A DNA stretch of 64,000 nt from Xylographa opegraphella. Taxonomy: Eukaryota. A program made the translations under genes and the position numbers. Positions within the stretch are counted from its first letter, which is position 1, and every line of letters begins with the position of its first letter. Below the pieces are notes generated by a model. It was given only the letters and a program-made list of their open reading frames with translations. It made no database searches and was not told the origin of the DNA. This document shows, piece by piece, positions 15,500 to 28,518 of the stretch. Location: positions 62,001 to 126,000 of the forward strand of contig JALDZX010000029.1 of the NCBI GenBank assembly GCA_022813865.1, read 5' to 3'.

Positions 15500-15797
15500 A
15501 AGGGGAGGCTACTGTGCTATTGATACATGGTGTGTCGTAATGTAAGAGTCCGTGGGCAAATGGATCTTGCCAGTATATGATCTGCATGACTTCCTCCGGC
15601 TCCATCGACAGATGCACGCTGACAAGTCCGTTTAAAGAGATGAACCTCTGATTTGGTGTGCTAATGCACCGAGGCAACCGAGTACATGTACACTCGTTTG
15701 CGCACAAGCCTTTATGATTGAGAGTGCATGATGATGATCATCATCATCAATATCAACACAATAATAATAACAACGATCCTATACACTATCCACAGAA

Positions 15798-17911
15798 TCA
15801 ACATATCCTTACCCCACAACACTCCACCCGCCCTCCATGTATCTCCGATTTGCGCCCCCAGTAAAAGTCCAGCAACTCCTCGACAAATCTCCGGTCCCCT
15901 TCACTCCACACATCGAGCCCCATCCGCGTCATATCCTCGCTGCCGACAAACACCACATCGCCCGTGTGGCCGTTCCCCTCGGCACCGCCATCGGACTCGA
16001 TCCCGGCGTCCCCGGCATCGACCAGATGCGCCAGAACCCCCAAGATGAGCGCGGTAAGGCGATGGAAATATGCGATGATGCCCATCTCGGGCGTCGCTGG
16101 TGACCCGTCCGTCATCAGCGCTTGCATCAGATTGGGACCGGGACTGGACCTCCGGCGAGACCTTGGCCGCGCAGAGGCGCTGCCGGAGTAGTCGGAGTAT
16201 TCTCCGAACAGTAAGGCGTCGTGTTCGCTTTCTTCCTCGAGATCGGCCCGCTTCTCGCCCGCAGAAGCCCACCACATGAATGAGGAGTAGGCGAGGGCCG
16301 ACCATGAGAGTGGCTCGATGAGTCTCTCATCGCGAGTGGAAGAGGCATCGTCGAAAGTCTCCTGGCTGTTTTCGATAGGAAGGAGAGTAGTCCGGTCGTC
16401 TTCGTCATCGTCACATTCACTCCGTTGTCGCGGATTGAATGGTGAGGCGGCGCGGCTTCTCGAACGATTCCTCCGGAGTTCCTGCTTTAACGTCCGATAT
16501 CTTCGTAGATCACGTTGGCTGGCTTTCATTTCGGCGCCTTTGGCGTTTTGAAGCTTTGGCCAGACCTTCTCTTGTGCTTGTTTGCTGTAAGACGGAGGAA
16601 TCGTTACCAGCACATCATATAGGCTCGACTTTGCACCCAACACATTGTCTGTTGTGCAAGCGACCCAGCCGTAGCCAAGATCGCCCACTGCTAATTCGTC
16701 CTTAGGTAGTTGACTCAAGCGGTAGCTCTCTGTCAAGGTATCGATGTCGTGAACGCCAACGGAGAAAAGAGGTCGAAGTCGAGTCGGAAGCGGCTCGAGA
16801 GGTAGAAGACCGGCAACAGAAGACGGAATATTGGACAGTATTGATACATCATAAACTGTAGATCATTAGGAAACAAAGACTGAGGCTGAACGAAGGATAT
16901 CGCACCGAAATCACAGGAAAGCTCCACCGGTGCTTGCGTTATCATGAGTATCCGCTTCCGCATCAAAGCGGCTTTATAGAGAGGATATACTAAGGGTCCG
17001 AAGGTGTCGAGAAGTCTGGGGAGAGAAAGCGCTGGATGGTGAGGCGATAATCCGTGACCTGGTGACCCTAACATAGAAGCACTCGATACAGCACGATTCC
17101 GACCTGACCCTTTCGAGCTCGGTGAGGCCGGGCGCTTCGCACGGTCATGCTCGCTTTGCTGCGAAGAACCAGGTCGTGAACCTGAGACATCTGTTGGGGG
17201 TTCGTCTGATAGTCGGTTGGCCTCCCAATAGTCCTCCAATGGTTTAGTCTTTCTTGGGTCCAGTACCAAGTGCCTATGTTAATTCGTTCAGTCCTACCAT
17301 ACCTCTAACTGGGCATGTCAGACTAACTCTGCGAGCTCTTTGAGGCCCTCGGCATGCTTCCAGCTCCTGCCAAGCCGTCCGTTCTCTAAAGGTACCAGTG
17401 CGCCGACGGCCAGCATAAGCGCATTGCGGTCCCAATGGGCAGCTGATCTATTGATGAAGGCACTGATGCCTGCGTGTTCATCGTCGTGCATGAAGTATCT
17501 ATCCATGATATTCAGTAATACTCCTGCCTATATCCATTCTGTCCTCTGACGCACACAAGATCCTCCTCCACATTGTGCAGACCCGAGGGCAAGGACTTGA
17601 ACTCGACACTTTCCGCAAGCTCCACTAGGCGTGACTTAGTGAATGGTTTGCGAAGGCTGGTGACAGCACCTACAGTTAGGTACGCATCGCTTCCAAGCTA
17701 TCGTATACCTGTGCTCGAGGGTCTTAGCGGTCAGGTCTCAAGGTAGGTATAGGTACATGGAGGCAGTAGACTAGTCTAGGTCAACATACCCTGCCTTCAC
17801 ATCAAATTGTATCAGGAACAAGGCTGCAACTGGCGGGCGCTCGGATACTATGGCATTCGGGAGCTCCAGATGAAGCGACTGGCCTCGGCGGCGTTTAAGC
17901 GTCGACATCAT
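15798..17911 (-). CDS. DENN-like protein (DUF2347/DUF4484, Anr2/DENND11-like), multi-exon
   Basis: Spliced PPVAALFLIQFDVKAG/YTIAWKR/VEFKSLPSGLHNVEEDL/YFMHD...GISAF; HHPALSL..LLDTFGPLVYPLYKAALMRKRIL; GWVACTTD; SWSALAYSSFMWWASAGE; IIAYFHRLT; MGLDVWSEGDRRFVEEL. Confidence 0.85.
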
Positions 17912-18227
17912 AAGGTAAGGTAAGGTAGGTAGACAACATTCGAATCGATGACTTGGGGAATAGTGGTGTCAAGTCAAGGGCGGGACTGTCCGCAGTGGCC
18001 CGTGCACCTTGAAACTCATGCATTGCCCCAACATGTGAATTCTATAACGCCCATCTTCTGTGAAAGCCAGTACGACTGCATACAGAGCTATCGAAAGCTG
18101 CATAGATCCCTGGAGGCTCGCTGATTATCTAGCGCTGGAAAAGCTCGTGCTGCAGCCCCTGCGGCTTTTGAGGAAGATTACTAGAATTCCATGGACCTTT
18201 GGATCAGCTCAATTGCTTGATCGCAAT

Positions 18228-19966
18228 ATGGACAAACTTCATGGACCTCTGGCGAGTGGCGATGCATTATCTCCAGTATTCTCGTCCACTTGGCCAACTC
18301 GCAAGAAACTTACGGGCCGGGCATTCTACGAAAGCTTGGGAAGTCCAAAAATGATCCTTGCCCCAATGGTGGATCAGTCAGAGTTCGTAGGCGATTCCTT
18401 GCTTCTTGTTACCTCTCGTCTAGGCGGATCTGCTAACAAGATGTTAAGGCATGGCGTGTACTCACGAGGTCGTACATGGACCCAGAAGCATCGAAAGACT
18501 TACTAGCTTACACTCCAATGCTTCATGCCAGAATGTTCACGGAGACTGTAAAATTCAGGAACCATCATTTTCAGCCTACAAGAGAAGGATTGGCGTCAGT
18601 GCCAAAAGTCGAAGCCGATAGATGTGCCGATCTCTTCCTTGACGGCAACCCTGCATTCGATCGACCCCTTACTGTGCAGTTTTGCGCTAATAAACCCGAA
18701 GAGCTCCTCGAGGCCGCAAAATATGTCCAACCATATTGTGATGTTGTGGACCTGAACCTAGGCTGTCCTCAAGGAATCGCTCGGAAAGGGAATTACGGTG
18801 CATATCTACAAGAAGACTGGGACCTTGTCTACAAGTTGATTAATACCTTGCACATAAACCTCGATATACCGGTGTCCGCCAAAATCCGCGTTCTCGAGAC
18901 AAGAAAGAAGACCTTGGAGTATGCGAAGACTGTCGTCTCTGCGGGTGCCAGCATTCTTACAGTACACGGGCGTCGGCGAGATCAGAAGGGGCATAAGACG
19001 GGCTTGGCGGATTGGTCTATTCTGCGATACCTCAGACAAAATCTACCTCCAGATACTGTTATATTCGCAAATGGGAACATTCTACGCCATGAAGACATTG
19101 CTAGGTGTCTTGAGAAGACTGGTGCGGATGGCGTGATGAGCGCAGAAGGGAACCTTTACGATCCTACCATCTTTGGAAGACCACCCCCGGCTGGCTCAGA
19201 AGGGCGGGAATACTGGAGAGGAAGGGACGGACGAGGTGGCTATCGAATGGATGCTATCTTCCGTAGGTATATGGACATACTCTACAAATACGTTCTTGAG
19301 GTATCTCCACCTTTGCGGAGGCCTCTCTTTCTGCCATCGGATCCGCCCTTCACCGAGGGACCCACATTGGAGGATGAGACAGAGAGTACCCAGCAGCCAC
19401 CAGCAAAACGCCAGAAGCGGGATCCCAAATTGGAGAAGACCACCTCACCCAATCTTCTCTCCATGCAAGCACATCTCTTCCATCTCCTCCGGTCGTTAGT
19501 ATCGCAGCACACTGATATTCGCGACGCACTTGCTCGCTGCCGCCCCGGAGATATGACCGCTTTCGAACACGTACTGAGTTTAGTTGAGAGAGCCACAAAA
19601 GAGGGTCTCATCGATTATGAAGCCTACCCGGAGAAGTACGAGGCAGCTCCCGGAGAAGCCTGTAGTGGCACTGTGGAAAATGTCGATGACGAGCCAACAG
19701 ACTATGAAAGCTCAGTCGCGATGGTTCAGGCATGCAAACGTCCGTGGTGGGTATGTCAGCCTTACGTGCGGCCGCTTCCAAAGGAGGCGTTGGAGAAGGG
19801 CAGCTTGACACTGAGCAAGAAGGAGAAGAGAAAGATCGAGGAGGAGGCTCTGGAGCTGGAAAAGAAGGCTGAGGGGGCGAGGAGCATGTCACATAGGGAG
19901 GACTTGGATTCTAAAGACGGGTTGAAGAGATCCGAGATAGCGCAGCAGGCTATGGTATGTGGATAG
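18228..19966 (+). CDS. DUS1: tRNA-dihydrouridine(16/17) synthase, 2 exons
   Basis: LAPMVDQSEF/AWR, YTPMLHA, DRPLTVQFCAN, DLNLGCPQGIARKGNYGAYL, LTVHGR, ANGNI, DGVMSAEGNL. Intron 18387-18448. Confidence 0.96.
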
Positions 19967-20256
19967 TTGGAGTGGAGTGCCAACCTCTGCACTAGCATTG
20001 GAGGTACGCATTGAGAGTAGACTTACCCACCCAGTATATAGAATCGGCTTAACAATACAATGACTCTTTGGAGATTGGAATCGTTTATTATGCAGAGAAC
20101 CGAAAAGCCGGTTTTCACAAAGCAGTCTCTTATTTCCATCTTCCAGTGAGAAGGGACGATTTTCCAGTGGTCAGAATGCCCCAGCCGACGCCACCATCTA
20201 ACCAGATATGCAACAGCGAAATACTATACAATGCTTTCCACACGCGGCACTCTCTG

Positions 20257-23200
20257 TCACGTCGCCTGTTTCCCTTCCCCCTTCGAGTGATCATCAAACA
20301 AGCCCACCCCATTTCTCACCGCATTCCTTTCACCATCCGATTGCCTTACTCTCCCCATCTTCCCTCCGCCTATCTTCGTCTTCACTCGGTTTATCCGCTC
20401 GCTTCTCGCGCCCGCGCTTTCCCCCTCATCGGACATTCCGTCACTATCGTGCGGGGACTGATCGTATAGCTTCAGCAGTGCTGGAGTGAACTTCTCCAAG
20501 AGCGCAATGTCTTTCACCTTTACCCGCATGTAGTCAAACGCCACGCCTATCTTCGTATCAACCGCAGGCTTGTGCCGCGTGGTGTTGACTTTGGAGACGC
20601 GAGTGCTGTTGGGGCGGCTGTTTGAATTGGACCGATAAGGGGTGAGGATTTCGGCAACCGGAAAGTCATCTTTGGTATTATCTCTCGTGGGCTTCCGAAG
20701 GGCTGGGCCGAGCAGATCGGTGAGGGTAGAGTCATCTTCAACCATCTCGCCAATGGACTTGTGACCCGTTAGAGGGTCGCCAGTATCCAACGGCGCCATA
20801 GAGTCTACAACGGACGTGTCCTTCTCGTCCTCGAGCTCGAGATCGGGACCAGATAGCCCATCCATAACGGGAAGCTTTTGGTAACGCTGGCTAAAGTGCG
20901 TAAGAAGGATTCTTCTGGCACCCATAGCGATACCCACGCCAATCGCTTCTGAAGTGGTAGAGTGGAGCTTGGCGTGAGCGTCACCTCGAAGCTCGTCGTC
21001 GAACGTTGCTTCGTGTAAGAGCACAGTGGCACCTGTTCCTATTTCTGTAAAGGACCGTGAAGGGCGGCAGTCTCCGCTGTAGGCGAATTTAAATCCACTG
21101 GGGAAGGTTATTGCTACGCCTTTCGAGCCGTGGCAGTGCGGCACATTGGCCGCGGCCAGCTTGGTGATTCCGGTAGCTGTCCGCATTGCTTGATTCCTTT
21201 ATATCTATCAGCGAGTGTTTCTTGCAGCGCACGGAGATCACGGTTGGACTTACAGTTTGGGATGAATGGTATCGAAGCCCACTGGAGCACCATTCCATTC
21301 CAATCTAGTTGTGTCAGGCCTTCCTGGCCTTGCCGCCCACACATTCAAGGTAACAAGTTTTTCAAAACCGAAGTCTTCAACTGAAGCATACTCCGCTAGC
21401 CAGTGGTTCATAGCCTCATCGGAAGCAATAAAGAGTCGTCGCTGCTCTAACATCACTTTCGCCGGATCCATCAGCTGCTCCGTCAATGAGACTTTCGCAG
21501 ATTTGTCTTCAATGTTGTTATCGCCATACACGGCTTTGTACCAAGCTTTGATTATCGACGTAATTCCAAGATGATGGTCTGCATGTAGGTGACTTATCCA
21601 TATCATCCTCAAATCGCGAAAGACCTCTAAGAGTTCTTGTTGATTGTATATTCGAGATAATTGACCCAGCGTATTTTCTCCGGCGTCAAATAAGTATGAT
21701 CCACTCCCAGGGACTCGAAGTAGGGTCCCGGAAACGTTCCGATACTTGGACGGTAACGCTGACCCTGTTCCTAGAAATATTATTTCTGAGTCTGGGCTTG
21801 GAAGATTTTGGGAGCTAAGTTCCCGCTGCATTTTTTCCGAAGTTATCTCGTGCTTTATAGCTCTCGCAAGATATAGAGCATCTTTGGGCATCTCTCGAAG
21901 CACCTTTGCAGTATCAAGCGGTAGAGTTACCAGATTGTCTTGTACCAGAACAGCCGGTTCTAGCTGCACCTGGAGACCACGTTGAGCCGGGATCCATTGC
22001 CTTACCGCTTTGAATTCATGGGAATAGGTTTGTGGCGTATGAACAGGCTGGTTATTATGGATCGGGATTGGGTAGCGCTCAGAGTCGATCTGGTGAAGTC
22101 GGAGTTCTGCGGCAGCCGCAGAGTCCAGCGCAAGGTAGTTTGAACAGCAGTCTTCAGACGATACGATATGTTTCATTGGAGACAACTCAGCCATAAAATC
22201 CTGTAGATTTTGATTATTAATTACACCAGGCCCTAAAATCCACACAATCGCTTCGACACCCTCTATCACCGTGGGTACTTTCCACTCCTCTCTTGTGATC
22301 AGATTTTGTACATAAGCATCAGTAGGTAGTTCTACCACTGCCAGGCCACCGCCAGGCTTTGTAGGGCCAAGAACCTGTTCCGGGAACACAGTCTTACCAT
22401 CTTTCGATGCAACAGATCTTCCAGACGTGAGCTCACCAAATAGTCGACCCTTAGGAACACCTAGTGCAATTGCTTTCTGTGGCTGAAACTTGCCACGTTG
22501 TGGATGGTTCCGTATAATGTACGAAAGAGCAGTGTAGGAAGGTTTAGTGGGCGGCAGATGAGCGATCAATGCACCTGGCCACGGCCTACGAATAAGCACG
22601 TTGATCTTCGGAAGTGTCTCGCTACCACCTGGCATCGGACCAAGGTATTGCTCAATCTTCCGTGTTTCGGGGTTTCGAACAAAAACAGTAGCGGGCATAT
22701 GTACGTCTTCCAGGGGAGTCTCAAACAGAGCATCGAGCCGCCAATCAGAGTTGAACATGTGGGAGAGGACACCCTTTCGGATTTGCTGATGGCGAAGATA
22801 TTGCTCCGCTGGCCTCAGTTCTTCGATTTCACCCGTGGTCGACGGCAATGGACCATCAGAGGTAAGCTCCATGAAGTCATGAAAGCTTCGCTTTCGTGTA
22901 GGTTGAGGTTGAGACTGCACTGACGCTGTATCAGGTTCCACTGACATGGCCCAGACCTTTATGTTTTCATCAAACCACGTTGGATGCCAGTCCTCTGTCC
23001 CTCTCACTTCGGAGATTTCGTTGACATCGACAGGCATGCCCTTCCTGAACACAAATCTTCTTGCTGTTGCCAGAGTATGCGTAATATTGGGGCTTCCATG
23101 TATAGTCAATGTCGGTTTCACAGACTTCGATGGCTCATCCTGCACAGTTCCTGTAGCCCCAACCTCTTCCTTGGACTCTTTTTCCGACAACGGTTCTTCA

Positions 23201-23499
23201 GATACCCTATTCCGTTGAGAAAGCTTCGTGTTTTCGGCGGTTGAAGCTGCAGCGGAGCGTAATGTATCAGCGAGTGTTAGAATAACGCCGATTAGTCCTC
23301 CAGTATTCTTCCATTCGGTCTTTCCCGTGAGGAAGATATCTGTAACCTTGTTCAGTCTTTTCCCCCTTTGGATTAATGAGCGCTGTAGTCCTTCGTGGAC
23401 ATTTCCAACAATATAGCGCTTGCTGTCGAAGTGAAGAAGGAGCGCCGTGCCTGGCGTGTCCGCTGTGGGAGTGGTAAGGATCTGGATGTTCGACTTCAT
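20257..23499 (-). CDS. TRZ1: Long-form tRNase Z (ELAC2), 2 exons; the frame stays open about 110 codons upstream of the first in-frame ATG
   Basis: TPTADTPGT N-terminus; exosite GKFQPQKAIALGVPKG; FLGTGSALPSKYRNVS; DAGENTLGQL; SHLHADHHLG; YSGDCRPS; LLHEATF; HST; LTHFSQRYQK. Intron about 21197-21252. Confidence 0.97.
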
Positions 23500-25121
23500 T
23501 TTTTGCCAGGCTGGTAGCGTTGCGGATCCTGCTTGGTGCCAAGGTGGATTGGAGATAGGTGGATAAATAATATGACAATCCCCACCTACATAAGCTGGTA
23601 TGAAAGCAGGCCCTAGTGCCACGTCCAAAGGTGGCTCGGTCAAAGCTATCGTATGGTTCCTTCGGCGACCTGTTTCACGTCTATATACCCCAAAAGAGGT
23701 TGAGATATTGGAAGTACTCAGGCGTGCTGACAAGGCTCGAGAAGCCAGAGAAGCCAGGAGATATCGGAGATATCGCAATTGCCTAGCATCATGCGTTATG
23801 AGCTGGCCCCCAGCGAGTATGTGAGAAGCCACGGCTATCGACGTTCCGACTTTTTCTCAAACATCGCAAGTCAGTGCTCCAAGTACAACAACGTCGAGTT
23901 ATCAAGTTGGACCAAAAAAAGAGAAGCCAAGGCTATCCTAATAAAGACTAGCGTGATACAATAATCCTTACAAGCTTATACGAATGCGGCCGAGGGCTTC
24001 AGAGTAAATGGTATTGAAGTTGAGGTCAAAACTTTCTATCTCTCGGAGCATAGTTGCCTTGGTTCAGAACTTGGGCTACAATTACAAAAATATTGTACTA
24101 TAACACATATCTACGGGAAATGGTGAACATAGGTTACACTAGACAGCCATTATTACTTTACCACCATGCACAGTTCGCAATTCATGTGCCCACAATCCAG
24201 GCTTGTGTTTAATGTTTAGCAGAATGCTTTCCTTCGAAGAGTAAACTTCCGCCTAAGCTTGTGTAGATGCTCTTCGCGTGAGTCCATCATAACATGAGCA
24301 GGTCAAAGATTTCTATTTCTTCCATCGGTTCTGTTCCTGTACCTTTAGAATCTCTGCCGCGACTCTTCAAGCCATTCTCATCAATTGAACTTCACATTTC
24401 TCGGAATTTCGAGTCATACCGGCAGCCCCTCTTCCCAATTGCACACCCCAGCACAACCCACACCGGCTATCCTTCTCCTCCTGAGGGCCATCCCTTCAGT
24501 CGTCAGTACTTGGGCTACGGCTGCAGCAATCAAAGTGTTGATTCGAGTCAAAGAACATGTACAAAGTAGAGGGCGCGGTGTTAAAATGGAAGGTGAAGAC
24601 TATTCAAGTGTCCATGGGCGGAATCCTAAACATGGCTCTGCCAAAGTAGAAGACACTAGAACAATCCGAGTCGTGGACTTGAGACACACACAACATTGAG
24701 ACCAAGGTTGCTCAAAGCTTAACGTCAGAACTGTCCTGAGCGTGGAAGAAGAGCTAGTGATCAGATATAGCGCAGATGTACAACGGAAACCCCCGTAGCT
24801 ATGAGTCCAGTTTCAACATTCAAGGTCGGAAGGGCACTGAACAATGTCGATGTAGTAGTTGGTGAATTCATAGATTCGAGCATTGAGAGAATTTGTGAGA
24901 CATGTCACGAAGAATGCAGACTGGCAGGAGAATTCAATGTTCAGAGCTTGGAATGATGAAGACAGCGCGACACCCATCCTGAGCTTCCTATTTTCTTGAA
25001 ATGAATCGCCGAGCTTGACGAGTCCTAGCTTCTGAGTACTCAAGAAGTTTTGGCCTCACACCATTCTGAGCAATCGTGCCCATGGATCCAACATGCCCCA
25101 AGGCAAGACCCATCTTTAAAG

Positions 25122-25561
25122 TCAACGTGCGTTAAGTCTCCTCTGCCCACGCTTATGAGTCCTCTGTGCGTCGCAAGTTTTGCCAATCTCTTACTTGACA
25201 GTGTACTTCGATCTCTTATCCCCCGAACTCTCGTCTTTATCCAACGCTTTGCGAATCTCTTGCCTGATAATGTGTTCCAATTTCTCTCGTTGGCGTACTT
25301 CATCTCTACACAGAGCTTCGCGAATCTCTTCCCTGGCAATGTTCCTCACTTCATAATTTCGGTAAAACTCCTAATCAGCACGAAGTTCGTCAGTGTCTTA
25401 AGGTATTCCGTAGGCCGTATGCTGTACTAAACACATACCCAACCCCCCCAACAGCTAAAACAGACCAACACAATGAGAATAAGATACCCGCGATAGTCCC
25501 AAAGCAATTGTAGCACTGCTTCTTCCAGTTTGTCCTTAATTAAAGACTCTATGAAGCTCAT
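25122..25561 (-). pseudogene. Degenerate 2-exon gene for a small single-TM protein with (R/K)(E/Q)EIR(E/K)AL repeats
   Basis: MSFIESLIKDKLEEAVLQLLWDYRGYLILIVVGLF*LLGGW / GTATGT...CTGATTAG intron / EFYRNYEVRNIAREEIREAL...IIRQEIRKAL...TVK*EIGKT...R*. There are two in-frame stops. Confidence 0.5.
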
Positions 25562-26743
25562 CTTGATGACGCAACAACTGCAAAGCAACGAGACGGATTT
25601 ACTGGGAAGGTCTAGTTACTCATAAAGATGGCTCACAGATGCAGCGCAAATAAATTAGGCTCGACGTTGTGAGGTCGGTCATGACACACGCTGCCATTCA
25701 TTGACACGGGCGACGCTCGCCGTGTTTGTTGGCCAACTGTGCCAAACCCTCTGTGAAGTTGCACAGCATCGGAATCAATATTGGCTGCAAGTCCAAGCGC
25801 CACCGGAGGTACTTTGATTCGTGTATCATTTCTGATCCGCGGAGGTGTGCTGGGACTGCCTTCCAGTATCTGGTTATGGGACTGACTCACATCGCAACGA
25901 GCGTTATCCGTGCTAGGAAACTTAGAACCAGGCCGGATTAGCCGTCCTTGCTTGGTAGCGATGATATTTGCTCACTCAATACCTCGTGAGCAACTGAGAA
26001 CAGTCGCGCAACGATACTGTAGCTACAGTATCACAGTGAGAAGCGGCCAAGCTGACACTCCTTACCTGCCCGCAAAAGTAGGACAATGAACATCCTTTTT
26101 TGACGAGATTCTCCAAAGGCCTTATTGTATACAAGGTCAATAGCAGAACATCTGCTCCGGTAAGCGGAGAAGGCTCTACGAACTCTGCTCATTAAGCGCA
26201 AGCGGGTGGAAAGGATACTGCGCGCAAGCTAGTAAGCATAAGCACTCCCAATTTGCATCGCAGCCTGGGAAATGAAGTGCCGCTCGAGATTCTGGATCGC
26301 TGTAACTTGCTTGCGATCGGTGAGACGACATGTCAACGTTTCGCGAAATGATATCCAAACCATCACTGTCGTGCCAGGACTGTATCTCTACTGCGGGATT
26401 CGCGGTTTCTCCGAATATGGAACCGTCGATGATCTTTTATAAGTATCGTACGTACGTCGTGGTTGTTATCGGGAGCTTCAAGAGCATGGCAGCATTCCGG
26501 GCATCAACAGGATGCATGAACTAAAACCGAGAGGTGATGGCGACATTGATTCGTTGGCCTTCACAACAATCCAGTCATCCGCTGGAAACGGGTATTGGAC
26601 ATCGTGGAATGTGAGTCCATGGTTCGAAAAAAAAAAATTTCTACAAGTGGCTGGGTATTGGGTTTATTGCGACTGATCGCGGTACCAATCCTATTAGCAT
26701 CTGCTTTTTTCTGATATCTGAGCCACCGAATCAAGGCCGACCG

Positions 26744-26777
26744 TTCCGATTCTCGCTGACTTCCGATTCTCGCTGAC
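26744..26777. repeat. Perfect 17-bp tandem duplication TTCCGATTCTCGCTGAC x2
   Basis: Read directly from the sequence. Confidence 0.9.
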
Positions 26778-28518
26778 TTCTCGCTTCAAGCTTCCCAGGT
26801 CATGAAGACAAGCATGTTTCAGAGAATATGTTCTCAGGACACATCACTTAAGCGCGTTCACCTCTGTTGAAACCCTTGCAGAACGATTCGCCAACTTGGC
26901 ACATAAAGTAGAGTTCCATTTGTCCTTATGTCACTCAATTCATTCGTGCAAAACAGCCAGGGCATGTCCTTTTAAATCTCCCCAGAACACTCAGCTGCGA
27001 CGTGAAAACTTGAGGGTGCCGTTCAAGAGCGTCATCTATTTGTTCAATTTCTCCAGCTACTATATGGGTTTGGAGAGCAGCGAGTACATTCCGCGGATTC
27101 CGCGTCTTTTCCGAATGATTCCAGTTCCCAGCTTCGAGAGTCTGATAAACATCGGCTGGAGGTCATAATTGCAAACTTAAGCAGCCTTCTGCAGCTTATC
27201 CAGGCGACTGGAACGCATGGTAATCTCTGCTTGTAGAATACAGGCCATGTACTTATTGATCTGTTTGACGATACTATCCAAGCCGGTTCTGGTCAGCCAG
27301 ACGTGACAAATCTTTGGATCCATCGATGCTAGCTTCGCGAACTAATTTCATGCGCCGGATTGTGAGTGCTACAAGCTGAAAAATACCGGCTACTGTAAAT
27401 GTGCCATCCATTCCGACCCCTCACGATGGGCAGTTAGAGGGAGAAGTATCCAACAGAATATGGTTGCAAAACACGATCGATAGAGTATGCGAGGTGCCCG
27501 GGCTGTAGGTGCTCCAAAACAGAAAGAGCTCAAATATGCCTCGGGAAGCTGCTACACCTACGAGACATGTCGGACGTTCTCGAAATGTGTGGACGAGTAA
27601 ATGATTCCATCCAGCCCGGCAATAGGGTATAGACAAGGCAGCATCAGAGAGGCGTGGGTCTTGCATGAGATTGCAGACATCCCTATTCGCATGTTCAGGT
27701 TTTTTCGCCCAACCTCTTCTTACGCGCCAAGTTCCACAGCATAAACCCAGGTGCAGAGCCAACCATCGTCTCGTGCTCGCATCGGTATTCCTGGGAAGTC
27801 CGAATCAGTCCGCGCTGTGCTGCGAGCACAATTTCCACCCACATGTGTTTCACCGCTGACAATGGGTCCATCAGTGCCACGTGTGGCGACGTGATTAGGC
27901 CCTTTCACGAGAACTGGCGTCGAAAAGTCTCCGGTCGCGTATTCAGTGCGTGCACCGTCGAGACCGTGCACGGGACTCGGAGCCTCGCTTGGCTTTGGCA
28001 GCCGGGCCCAGACTCCCACCTGGTGCAATATAGGGCGCGGTTCGGGCGAGGGCCATGCTAGCCGTCGGCTAACCATCGTTTCTGCCGTCCATTCATCTTG
28101 CACTCAATCAACGCAGAGCCTCACTAATCAACTCAGCTCGGCTCCCAGGTGCAAGGCTTCGTGGTCCGGATGGAAGTCTTCGGTGTGATGGTCGATCTAT
28201 CAGCAGCCACAATGCGCGCATTTGGCATCTTTAGACCAAGCTATGAACTTTCACAGGTTCCGGTCGTTGTGGCTTTCTTCTCAGCCTTTCCTCCCCGACA
28301 ATGTTTGCTGTAGTCTATATGACCCGGATCATACTCCAAATATTGTCCAGGCATCATAGCCTTCCAAATTACACATTTCACAATTGTGACGTATACGAAG
28401 TACTTTAGGCAGAGACACAACCTCCGAGCGGTTTCTACATTTTATATCCGGCGGCGGTCCAACCACACTCTGCACAACTCCGCGCACCACCCAGAAGTTG
28501 ACCAGAGGAGCGTCAGTC

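Noticed and set aside
14907..15707. Long antisense or alternative-frame ORFs over GC-rich genes (also at SDO1, AAH1, HAD and the dehydrin-like gene)
   Set aside because: These are expected shadows of high GC3 codon usage.
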